Assembly (NCBI GenBank): GCA_963762565.1 | Contig: CAVXLD010000011.1 | Span: 178,596-242,595 of the forward strand | From: an uncultured Verrucomicrobiae bacterium | GTDB taxonomy: Bacteria; Verrucomicrobiota; Verrucomicrobiia; Chthoniobacterales; JAFAMB01 | Length of the DNA: 64,000 nucleotides | Direction: 5' to 3' | Shown: positions 10,100-19,400 of the stretch, piece after piece | Layout of the letters: each line of letters opens with the position of its first letter | Position numbering within the stretch: the stretch's first letter is position 1 | Made by a program: the position numbers and the translations under genes | Notes under the pieces: model-generated | Database searches by the model: none | Told to the model about the DNA's origin: nothing | The model's input: only the letters and a program-made list of their open reading frames with translations

Positions 10100-11074
10100 T
10101 TACTTTTGGCTATTGAAATCCAATAGAACCTTGCCACCGCGCTGGGAGTGCTCGATTGCTTCTTTGATCTGGGACGGTTTGTAGGTTGTGGTGAATGGCA
10201 AACTTAATTTGCCGGAAGCGACGACTTCAGTTGCCTCAGTTAGTGCCGCTCGCATTTTAGGTAGATACTCTTCGTGATACATCCAGAAGCCGTGGATGGT
10301 TAACCGCTTGCCAATGAGATCGGCGTGCAGCACGTGAATCGGCAAACCGCTCAGTGGCGCATAGCTGACGAGATGAGCGCCCGGAGAGAGCAGGCTTGCC
10401 ATCGTTGCTGTCGCTGGACCACCTACGGCATCAAGCCCCAGAGATATTGGCGTACCGCCGGTTGCAATCTGAATTCGCTTTGAGAGTTCCGGCGATTCCA
10501 CAACAACGTAATCAGCACCGAGCTTATCAATTTCTGGGATAAGCTCGGGCCGCCTGACAATACCGATAACGTTGAGATGGCGCGATTTTGCAATCGCGAT
10601 CAGGCATCGCCCGACCTGGGAATTTGCTGCGTTTAATACAATCCAGTCCTTTGGCTTTAGCTTTACAAATGCGTCTAAAAGAAGAACTGCGGTCGTAGGA
10701 TTGATATTTAACATCGAGGCCGTTTTGGCATCGACTGAGGGAGGAACGACGAAAAGCCCTTGGGCCGGAGCCAGCACCTTTTTGGACCAGGTAAATGTCC
10801 CAAAAGGGATCGTAACCCGATCGCCTACCTTGACGCTGGTGACTTCCGGCCCGATCGCCTCCACAATTCCCGCACCTTCACCTCCTATGACAGAAGGAAG
10901 CTTCGGCTTTAGATGGTACATTCCGTTCGCTAAAAGGAGGTCGCTGTAATCAATCGGCGCATACTCTATGCGGACTAGAGCCTTGCCCCCAGACGGGGCG
11001 TTGGGTTCCGAAACTTCGACCAGCATCAAGTTCTGAGCTGGATTACCGTAGGCGGTGAGATGGATGGCTTTCAT
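10100..11074 (-). CDS. MDR-family NADPH oxidoreductase (enoyl-thioester reductase-like)
   Basis: LPSVIGGEGAG, NINPTTA, NAANSQVG, LDAVGG, GKVLL. Confidence 0.9.
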   Translation of the reverse strand: MKAIHLTAYGNPAQNLMLVEVSEPNAPSGGKALVRIEYAPIDYSDLLLANGMYHLKPKLPSVIGGEGAGIVEAIGPEVTSVKVGDRVTIPFGTFTWSKKVLAPAQGLFVVPPSVDAKTASMLNINPTTAVLLLDAFVKLKPKDWIVLNAANSQVGRCLIAIAKSRHLNVIGIVRRPELIPEIDKLGADYVVVESPELSKRIQIATGGTPISLGLDAVGGPATATMASLLSPGAHLVSYAPLSGLPIHVLHADLIGKRLTIHGFWMYHEEYLPKMRAALTEATEVVASGKLSLPFTTTYKPSQIKEAIEHSQRGGKVLLDFNSQK

Positions 11075-11079
11075 TTGGG

Positions 11080-11685
11080 CTATTCTCCTCCCTCCAAGAA
11101 ATCTCGACCTGCGAGAGGGCCACCTGCTTGCTGCATCAGTCCTCCATCGCGAAGGTTTCCAAGATCAACGACGGAGTAGCCAAGACCTTCGAGAAAGGTT
11201 GCCACCCGCTTCTTCGCGCCTTCATCGTCACCAGAAATAAACGCAACTCGTCTCGCCCCGTTAACAACAGGATCCGCCTCCAAGTTTGAAGCGAACATGT
11301 TGTTCAGTGCTTTAACTACTCGTGCTCCAGGGGCTAGCGCCGCGACGAGCTGGCTAGTGGATAGGTTTCCGACATTGGCGGGCGTGAAACTTCCAGCTTT
11401 ACCGTGGAAAGGATTGACCCCATCGATCAGAATCTGATTTTTCCACTTGGGCAGACTTACAAGTGTTTCGGGTACCTTGTCCCAGGGCACAGCAAGAAGT
11501 ACCAGTTCGCAGGCTGCCGCTTCTTCCTTGGTGGCAGCCATTGCTCCAGGACCAACTTGGTTGACGATTTCCCGCAGGCTCTCGGGGCCGCGGCTATTGC
11601 TAAGCTTTACCTGATGGCCGGCCTTCAGCGCCCGTTTTGCGAATGCCTGAGCGAAAGCTCCTGACCCGATGATTCCGATTTCCAT
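11080..11685 (-). CDS. NADPH-dependent F420 reductase-like / dinucleotide-binding oxidoreductase
   Basis: IGIIGSG, SNSRGPESL, LLAVPW, RVVKALN, SGDDEGAK, VDLGNL; ATG at 11685. Confidence 0.88.
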   Translation of the reverse strand: MEIGIIGSGAFAQAFAKRALKAGHQVKLSNSRGPESLREIVNQVGPGAMAATKEEAAACELVLLAVPWDKVPETLVSLPKWKNQILIDGVNPFHGKAGSFTPANVGNLSTSQLVAALAPGARVVKALNNMFASNLEADPVVNGARRVAFISGDDEGAKKRVATFLEGLGYSVVDLGNLRDGGLMQQAGGPLAGRDFLEGGE

Positions 11686-11759
11686 TAGCTGTATTTCCAA
11701 ATTGGGCTAGCAGCTCAATCGTTGATAGGGTTAGTCGTTTTCTCTTTTTCTGATACGGG

Positions 11760-12524
11760 CTATAACTTTGAACCGCCGTCCACCGGGATAATCGCCCCGG
11801 TAATCCACCGGGCGGCATCCGATGCAAGGAAGGCGATAACGTCTGCTACATCGGAAGGCTGGCCTATCCGTTTGAGAGCTTGCATGCCCAGTGCCAGATC
11901 GCGTCCGGCGTCGGTCTTCGTGAAATTCGACATGTCGGTTTCGATTACCCCCGGAGCGACTGCATTGACTCGGATACCGCGCGGGCCTAGTAAGGCTGCG
12001 AAATGCTTCACCAGGGTGTCGAGCGCTCCCTTAGTTGATGCGTAGGCGGGCAAAGAAATAACGTTTTGCGACCCGCCAGGCGCAAAGCGTGCCGCCAGGG
12101 AAGAGACAAGCACGATGCTAGAACCGTCCGTGAACAGCGGCAGCAGGTGTTGCACGAGAAAGAAGGGGGCGCGCACATTCGTCGCGAAGAGCGCATCGAA
12201 ATCTTCAACCGTGTGATTCTCGATGGGGGCTGCTTTCGAGATACCTGCGTTAGCAATAAGAATGTCGAGCTTATTACCGACAATTTCACGAGCCTGTTCA
12301 GCCAGCTTGGTTACGCCGTCCGGCGACGCTAAATCGGCGGATAGCAGATCAGCTTGGCCGCCGGACGCTTCGATCTCTTTGCGCAGAGCGTCTGCCTCCG
12401 ATGCGCTTCGCCCGTAGTGAATGATTAGACGAGTGCCGGTGTTGGCGAGTGCAATTGCTGTGGCGCGTCCAATCCCGCGGGATGCACCGGTAATAAGAGC
12501 GATCCTTTTGTAAGTACTAGTCAT
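11760..12524 (-). CDS. SDR family oxidoreductase
   Basis: TGASRGIG, ANAG, YASTK, VNAVAPGVIET. Confidence 0.95.
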   Translation of the reverse strand: MTSTYKRIALITGASRGIGRATAIALANTGTRLIIHYGRSASEADALRKEIEASGGQADLLSADLASPDGVTKLAEQAREIVGNKLDILIANAGISKAAPIENHTVEDFDALFATNVRAPFFLVQHLLPLFTDGSSIVLVSSLAARFAPGGSQNVISLPAYASTKGALDTLVKHFAALLGPRGIRVNAVAPGVIETDMSNFTKTDAGRDLALGMQALKRIGQPSDVADVIAFLASDAARWITGAIIPVDGGSKL

Positions 12525-12595
12525 ATTAGTTCCTGATAACCGGCTCGTAGCCGGGTTAAATGTTTTGCGTGAACGAAACGTCCGTGTTCACTCAT

Positions 12596-13313
12596 TTAAG
12601 CAACCGTGATCTCACCCATGTCGATGGCGACTAACAGCGGCTCCATCACCGGTTGATAGTTGCCCTCGTAAGCGTATACCCGGCGCCTGGTTGGAAATAC
12701 AATTTGCCCCACTTCTCGGTACTCAGAGGCATAGTTCAATCCTCGAGCCCCGCCCATGACGTCCACGGTGTAGTCATGCCTGCGCAGGAGCCCATCTGGC
12801 CCGAAGCACGAGATCTGTTCGCGGGTATGGCTTTTGACGTGATCGGGAAAGACCACCTTTAGTCGTCGCCAGGTTTCGCCATCGACTTCGACGCGGCGAG
12901 ATCTCTTCAGTAACAAAACCATCGTAGGTATAGAGAAAGGGTGTGGTCAGGTAGGTCCACAGGGCTTCACCTTGGAAGTAGGCCACGTGTAGGTGATCCC
13001 ATGGGGTCTCTTGCTTGTGGCCGGCGAAATGTTTCTCGGGAGCGTAGCGAGTCTGGATGGGCGTTCCGTCAACCCGTTCCATAACCACTTTTGAGGGCTC
13101 GAAGACGAAGCGTTTATCCTGACCTGGAAATTCAGTGACCAGTTTCTGCGTTTTTGTGCTCGCGGTGATAACGACGTTCTTAAGGTAATCGCCTTGGCCC
13201 TTTACAAACCAGATCGCACCAGTGATTGATGCGGCGACCTTTATCGTATTTAGCTCGCTCCAACGCTTGAGGCCGCCATGGGCGGAGAGGGCGGTTTGCA
13301 AAAGGTCGTTCAT
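12596..13313 (-). pseudogene. Conserved hypothetical protein, frameshifted near 12895
   Basis: AHGGLKRW ... PWDHLHVAYFQGEALWTYLTTPFL ... EEISP continues in another frame as VEVDGETWRRLKVVFP ... FGPDGLLRRHDY; real lesion or sequencing error. Confidence 0.7.
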
Positions 13314-13378
13314 AGTTTCCCCATTCTTTTTGATCAGCGATTATGCCGCCGTGACCTTCCGGTGGTTCAGCTCACCGT

Positions 13379-13566
13379 TTAATGGGCTAGCTTTCCGCCA
13401 TCCTCGTGTCTGCCAGAGACAACAATACGCGCTCCTTCCCGGCGAAAGCGAACGCGGTGGCTCGGCCTATCCCGGTGAGCGCGCCAGTAATGAGAACCAC
13501 GGGCGGCGTTGCCTTTGCTTTGGCGGCAGCGCTGGTTAATGGCTCGAGCTCTTTATGAGTAGTCAT
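13379..13566 (-). pseudogene. Truncated SDR N-terminus
   Basis: VVLITGALTGIGRATAFAFA, then after a frameshift EGARIVVSGRHEDGGKLAH*; the rest of the SDR is absent. Confidence 0.7.
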
Positions 13567-13765
13567 GGGGGATCTTACCGGGATGCACGAGTTGCGCATC
13601 AGCACGTGGGTTAGATTTTCCGGTACTACCTTTCAGTGCGACTCAGCAAGAGATTGGACTGATACCAATGGTGTAGCTTGCGCTCCCTCGTCTGGGATAC
13701 CACAAAATCTTGCTACGGAGCGATCGTCACAAACCAGGATGCGACTAGTCTGCAGTTTGTCGAAC

Positions 13766-14227
13766 ATGGAATCAGACGCTCCTGAAATTGGTCCCAGCGG
13801 GCGCCCGCGGAGAGACCAAAAGGAAACGGAGTTGGCACACTCTGAGGCGAAATCCATTATCCTAGAGGTGCCCGTCAGAGACGCTTACGCTTGTTGCTGT
13901 CAAATCGAAGAATTGCCCCGATTCATCAGGTCTTTAAGGGACGTTCAGAAGATTGACGATACGCATTTCTTGTTAACTTCCATGATTGATGATGAACAAC
14001 GCAGAACTGTCCTTCAGATTATACTTCGGGTCCCGGAGAGGCGTCTGGTGTGGCAAGCGGTCTCCGACTATTTTCCGCGGGGCGTTATCGTATTCGAGCC
14101 CCTTTCCGATCGCAAAACGGAGATCACAGTTAAGCTGCGATCGAATATTGAGCCCGCGGCCCTGGCCCAGGCAACCACTGACTACCTGACGAGTTTCAAA
14201 CAGTTCATGGAACAGGGGACAGCCTAG
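13766..14227 (+). CDS. SRPBCC / polyketide cyclase-like protein
   Basis: SIILEVPVRDAY ... EELPRFI ... VPERRLVWQ ... GVIVFEPL ... TEITVKL ... LTSFKQFME. Confidence 0.75.
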   Translation: MESDAPEIGPSGRPRRDQKETELAHSEAKSIILEVPVRDAYACCCQIEELPRFIRSLRDVQKIDDTHFLLTSMIDDEQRRTVLQIILRVPERRLVWQAVSDYFPRGVIVFEPLSDRKTEITVKLRSNIEPAALAQATTDYLTSFKQFMEQGTA

Positions 14228-14256
14228 GAGAACCGGGGGTTCGTGAGGAGCAATTC

Positions 14257-14350
14257 GGGGAGGGCGCGCTGCCTGTCCGACATAGCCTGATGCTTTCAAT
14301 CGATTTTCTTCCCAACGTGGCGACGTCGGATCCCCGCGCGCCGCGAGGAC
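14257..14350. repeat. Family A REP interrupted by a family B palindrome
   Basis: ggggagggcgcgc|...cctgtccgacatagcct...tggcgacgtcgga|tccccgcgcgccgcgaggac. Confidence 0.75.
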
Positions 14351-14607
14351 TTCGCTGCTGGCTCCGTAGGAGCCGAATCTTTATAGTCGGCATTTTCGTA
14401 TCTCGGGTACGATAAGTCGTAATTATTTCCGAGAAATTGCGCCGGCAAAAGCAGCGAATTTGGCAGGCGAAAATCTTTTTTCGAGAGGGCATGCTAGCCC
14501 TCTTCTTGGGGGTGGCACGCCATGTGCATACCAAGCGGTCCCGTGACTACGCAGGAGTACATACCTGTAATCGCTGACGCCTCTATCGGCAGCAGCAAGG
14601 AGGAACA

Positions 14608-14880
14608 ATGTTTTTAGTCTTACCACAATCAATCGTGATCCCTGAAGCCTTGGAACGCCTCGAAGATGACAATTTCGAGGATTGGTTGACAGCCGTCGTG
14701 ATCGAGGCCGCGAATCAGCCGGCCGTCGAGGACCAGTTTTCTAAGACCGCCCATCAGAATGCGAGCGGAATCACAGATCTCTGGATGCTAGAGATCGCTG
14801 AGCGCCAGGGCAAAGTGTGGACGGGCAAGTTTCAAGTCCAAATTAACGGCGTCGAAGAGACAAGGACCGGAAGCGGATAA
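14608..14880 (+). CDS. Hypothetical acidic protein (may continue to about 14974 through a frameshift)
   Basis: Strong SD AGGAGG before ATG; protein-like composition. Confidence 0.5.
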   Translation: MFLVLPQSIVIPEALERLEDDNFEDWLTAVVIEAANQPAVEDQFSKTAHQNASGITDLWMLEIAERQGKVWTGKFQVQINGVEETRTGSG

Positions 14881-14993
14881 CATGCTGGAACAACCGGCCG
14901 AAGAGCTTTCCTTCGCCTTCAATACTGCCACCGCGGAAATGACCTTCCACTTGGTCCCAGAGCTCAGGAGATAGCCAATTCCCCAGTCAGAAC

Positions 14994-15488
14994 ATGTCAG
15001 CAAACAAGTTAAAACCAGTAGGACTTCCTAAGAGAAGTGGAGTCAGACCCAAAACTATTTTGGGACCGTTGCATCTACAATATAGCGGACACGGCGACCC
15101 GAAGTATTTGCATCAGTTAATCAAGGATGTATTAGCGTGGCCGGACATTGATGTCGATTCATTGTCGAATGAGCCTGCGAACCTCGTCAGCTTCCGGTTG
15201 AAAGAGAATGCGGTCACCGACGAATCTTCGGCATTCCTTAGCCCGAGAGAATTTGCCAGGATACACTTGAGCGCGCCGACTATTATTTTAGCGCTACCAT
15301 TGATCTGGGCGCACTGGGCAATCGTTGGGGGGTGGGCCGAACCGCATTACCTGCGTTCATTCGGACTGATGCCCGCCGGTGCGGTTGTCGTGTACACTCC
15401 GAAAAACGCGGAGGAGTTAGCAATTTGCTATCTACTGTTTTCTAAAGCGTACCAATTCGCTACGAAACCGATGCTGGAGACAGCGTGA
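14994..15488 (+). CDS. Luciferase-like domain (DUF5519-like) protein
   Basis: LPKRSGVRPKT, REFARIH, GWAEPH, VVYTPKNAEEL, AYQFA. Confidence 0.75.
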   Translation: MSANKLKPVGLPKRSGVRPKTILGPLHLQYSGHGDPKYLHQLIKDVLAWPDIDVDSLSNEPANLVSFRLKENAVTDESSAFLSPREFARIHLSAPTIILALPLIWAHWAIVGGWAEPHYLRSFGLMPAGAVVVYTPKNAEELAICYLLFSKAYQFATKPMLETA

Positions 15489-15504
15489 GGGACGAACGCG
15501 GCCC

Positions 15505-15627
15505 GGGGAGGGCGCGCGTCCCCGCGCGCCGCGAGGATGTGCCATAACCCAAGGATCTATTTTCGCCTGTGGTTAGAACACGTGCTCGGCTTCGTTAGCA
15601 ACGGATCGCAAGGACGCGATCCCTCCC
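15505..15627. repeat. REPIN-like doublet (family A)
   Basis: Same inverted REP pair as 4086; spacer very similar to the 21861 copy. Confidence 0.85.
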
Positions 15628-15777
15628 GGTGAGGCGGGCCCGGATTCGAGGACAGCTTGTCCGCCATAGCCCACGCTCTAAATCGCCATCCGCTCTACGT
15701 CGGCCTCGCAAGCGAGGCGCGCTCCACAATAAGGAGTCGGCGAAGGCGGAAGAACGAGAACGATGCGCTTGCGCGCG

Positions 15778-16479
15778 TTACAACCGCAACAACCCGCGAC
15801 GGGTCGCTTCGGCAACGGCTTCCGTACGACTGGCTACATTCATCTTGGCAAAGATCGCTTTACCGTGCGACTTCACGGTTCCTTCGCTGATAAAAAGGGT
15901 CGCCCCGATCTCTTTGTTACTTTTTCCCCGGGCCATTAGCTTTAGGACTTCGATCTCACGCTTGCTCAAGGTTTCGCCGCTAACGCGTTCAGCCAGCTTA
16001 GCGACTATATCGACTGGGACGGAGGTTTGGCCGGCATGGACCCGCCGGATGCTGTCCATCAACGCCTCCCTCGGGACGTCCTTCAACAAATACCCTTTCG
16101 CGCCGGCTTGGATAGCTCGATAGATATCCTCATCACCGTCAAATGTGGTCAGCACAATAATCCGAGCTTTATCGTCGCAGGCTCGGATCTCCCTGATCGC
16201 GTCGACGCCGTCCAACTCCGGCATCCGTAGGTCCAGCAGGGTTACATCCGGCCGGTGCAGTTTCCAAAGTTCAACCGTTTCACGACCGTTGCTCGCTTCG
16301 CCGACAACCGTCATATCGGCTTTATTGCGCTGAATCATCGACACCAGACCTTCGCGAACAACACCGTGATCGTCGGCAATCAAGACGCGGATTCTGAGCT
16401 TTCGCTCCGCGCTACCCCGCTCAGTTTTGACCATGGAAACAGAATGCGATTTTGAAGCCGGTCTGGCTTTGGGGCTCAT
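15778..16479 (-). CDS. NarL/LuxR-family response regulator
   Basis: VLIADDH, TLLDLRMP, GYLLKD, LSKREIEVL ... SNKEIG ... TVKSH. Confidence 0.95.
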   Translation of the reverse strand: MSPKARPASKSHSVSMVKTERGSAERKLRIRVLIADDHGVVREGLVSMIQRNKADMTVVGEASNGRETVELWKLHRPDVTLLDLRMPELDGVDAIREIRACDDKARIIVLTTFDGDEDIYRAIQAGAKGYLLKDVPREALMDSIRRVHAGQTSVPVDIVAKLAERVSGETLSKREIEVLKLMARGKSNKEIGATLFISEGTVKSHGKAIFAKMNVASRTEAVAEATRRGLLRL

Positions 16480-19400
16480 AACTCTGGTTTCGTATCCAGG
16501 GCGATAGGTGATGGTCGCTTCGTTGCCGCACTCGGGTTCCGGCGGCCATGGTTAAGGGGCAATATTACCGTTATCGTCGTCCCTTTGCCTAGAGAACTTA
16601 CTATTTTCAAGTCGCCTCCCATTTCTTCAGCACGTTCGCGCATACCGGTTAAACCAACACCGTCATGCCGCTCACACACTTGGAATCCAACGCCGTTGTC
16701 AACGAATTCCAGACGAACTTCCTTTGCATTAGAAACTAACCGGGTGGTGAAGTTGCTAGCGCGGGCGTACTTCAGGGTATTGCTTAAGGTTTCCTGACCA
16801 ATCCGCAATAGATTCTCCTGCCAGGCTGCCGGCAGAACTGGTAGTTTGCCCTTCAATTCAAATGTAGTGCCAAGCGTGGTTGCCACCGTTGTGCTTTTGA
16901 CTACACCTTTGAGCGCCTGCCAGAAGTTGTCTTCCTCCAAAGCTCGCGGACGGAGAGCATGTACTGATCTCCGGGCTTCGATCAAACTCCGTCGCGCGAG
17001 TTCGCCCGCCTGATGGATATGCCGATCGGCCTCCTGGCGGTCACCATCGGAGATAGCATATTCGGCTGCCTCCAACTGCACAATTACTCCGGTGAACCCT
17101 TGGGCAAGCGTATCATGGACATCGCGAGCCATTCGGTTTCGTTCGGCTAAAACAGCGGCTTGCCGGCTCTGCTCGCCGACTTCGGTGAGCCGAATAGCGA
17201 GCATTACTTGATGGGCAAGCGCTTGCATGAGTCCAATCTCTTCCGTCCGATAGGGAGCTCTCTCGCTGTGACCTACCGTAATCATGCCCTTCACGTCGCG
17301 ACCGACTAAAATTGGGACTGCCAAAAATTTCTTTGTCTCCCGCAGCATCAGGTATTCTCGCAATTGCTGATCCAAGCGCGGGTCTGTCTCGATCTCGTCG
17401 CACACTATCGGACCGGCGGTAAAAAAAAGCTCCTGCACGATGGGATGCTCTTTCCATGAGGCCGGACTATGAACGAGCGGGTGTTTCCGATCGATCTCTA
17501 CGGGGCGCAAGGAGTCCACCTCTAATCGCAAAAGCAGAGAATCTGCTGATTCATCGAAAAGCCATAGACTCGTAGTTTGTCCGCCCAACAGACGGCAGAT
17601 CGTGCTCAGCATTTTCCCGAGAAACTTTTCGGGTTCTGATGCAGTCGCCAAGACGTCCAGGCTGTAGGTCAAGGCTTCCACTTGGCCTCGCGCCACTTGT
17701 TCGGAAGCTCGCAGCGCGTCCTCCGCTCGTTTTCGTTGGCTGATATCTCGCAGGACTGCCTGCAGATAGCGGCCCCGGACCGTGGTCAATGCGACTTCTA
17801 CTGGAACGATCTCCCCGTTTCTGCGGACGAAGTCTCTTTCAAACCGGAGATAGGGCTCCGTCTTCATCATTTCCATCCGGGCCGGCAACAAGGACTGGTC
17901 TTCCGGTACGAAGGTCTCGGAGATCGGAGTGCCGATCAGTTCTTCGGCCGAGCAGCCTGCTAACTGCGCGCCGGCAGAATTTACCGAAACATAGTTAAGA
18001 TCGGTGTCGATGACAAAAATGGCGTCCGGCGAAACTTCAATCAGGTCTCGATACTTCTCTTCGCTCTTTCTGAGATCCGCATAGAGATGCGCATTCTCAA
18101 GCGATATGGCAGCTTGAGACGCAAGCAGTTTCAACACGGTTATGCGCTCCTGAGTAAAGGCATTGTTCGTGAGATTATTTTCAAGATAAAAGACGCCAAT
18201 TGTCTTGGTCTGCCGGACGATCGGTACGCAGAGCACCGATTTCGCCTGCGTTTTAAGAAAGTAATCATCGTCTGAAAATGGATTTCTGACGGCGGCATCC
18301 TCAAGGACCACTGTCGATTGAGTCTTTATCACGTACTGAAGGGTGGATTGTGGAGCCGCTTCGCCGAGTAGAATCGCACTTTCAGCTGTTTGATCCTCTT
18401 TCTGCCCGAGTGCACCAGGAGCGATCGCTGGACGAGACCGCTGCGCTGAGGAAAGTACAATCTCAACCCGGCCATTGATGGTGGCAGCCTCCGCCTCAAT
18501 CTCTGGTTGGTTATTCCGGATAAGCAACAATAGGCCTCGCTGCGCTCCGGCGTGTTCTACCGCGATTTTCATTAAGGTTTTGATCAGTTTGTCGAGGACG
18601 ATCTCACTGGAAATCGCCTGTAACGCCTTAACGATGGTCGCTGAATCCAGCAGATTGGCTGTCTGGTTCGCGACGAGCTCTGTTGGCTGTAGACTGCGCT
18701 TCGCCTCGGAAGTGATGGAGACCGCGTCAAACTTCAACGACCCAGATCGATCGAGCGCCAGCGCCGGATTTTGTTGATCGATTAGCCGAACTTTAGCCAC
18801 GGCGCCCCATTGTTGATAACAGTGACGAGCACGCCTCAAGTAAGTGTGAGCGACGGTTTCCAAACCTCGCGCCAGATAGAATTTTGCGGCTAGTTCATTG
18901 GCTAAAGCTTCGTTCTGAATGAACCCATTTTTCTTGGCCGAATTGATTGACTCTACATAAAAGGACTGAGCCTCGGAATGTCTTCCTTCAAGACGGGCGG
19001 CCTCCGCTGAGACCAGAGCTCCCAAGCAACGAAAATTTTCGGGACAATTGCGGGCCCAACCGTGGAGCAACTCGCCGTGGGCTTTGATCGAATTAAGATA
19101 CTCGATTCGTGTGTCTACGCCGGCCGCCGGGTAGAGCTGCGCTAGCGCCAGCGCCGAATAAAAAGGATACTCGGCTAACTCCAGGAACGACTGCGATCTC
19201 CAAGCGAGATGCTGAACTCTCTTGGCGGCGGCAACGGCTCCGCCATAGTCACCGGCATGGAAGCAGGCCTGCAGTTTTCTAAGCCAAAATCGAAACTTAG
19301 CCGCGCTTAGTTCTATTTCTTGGTCAAGACGTTCTTCGGCGGCTGACTCGTCGAAATCAGGATTATCAAGACTGCTTAAATTGGCCGTGAGACCGCGCAA

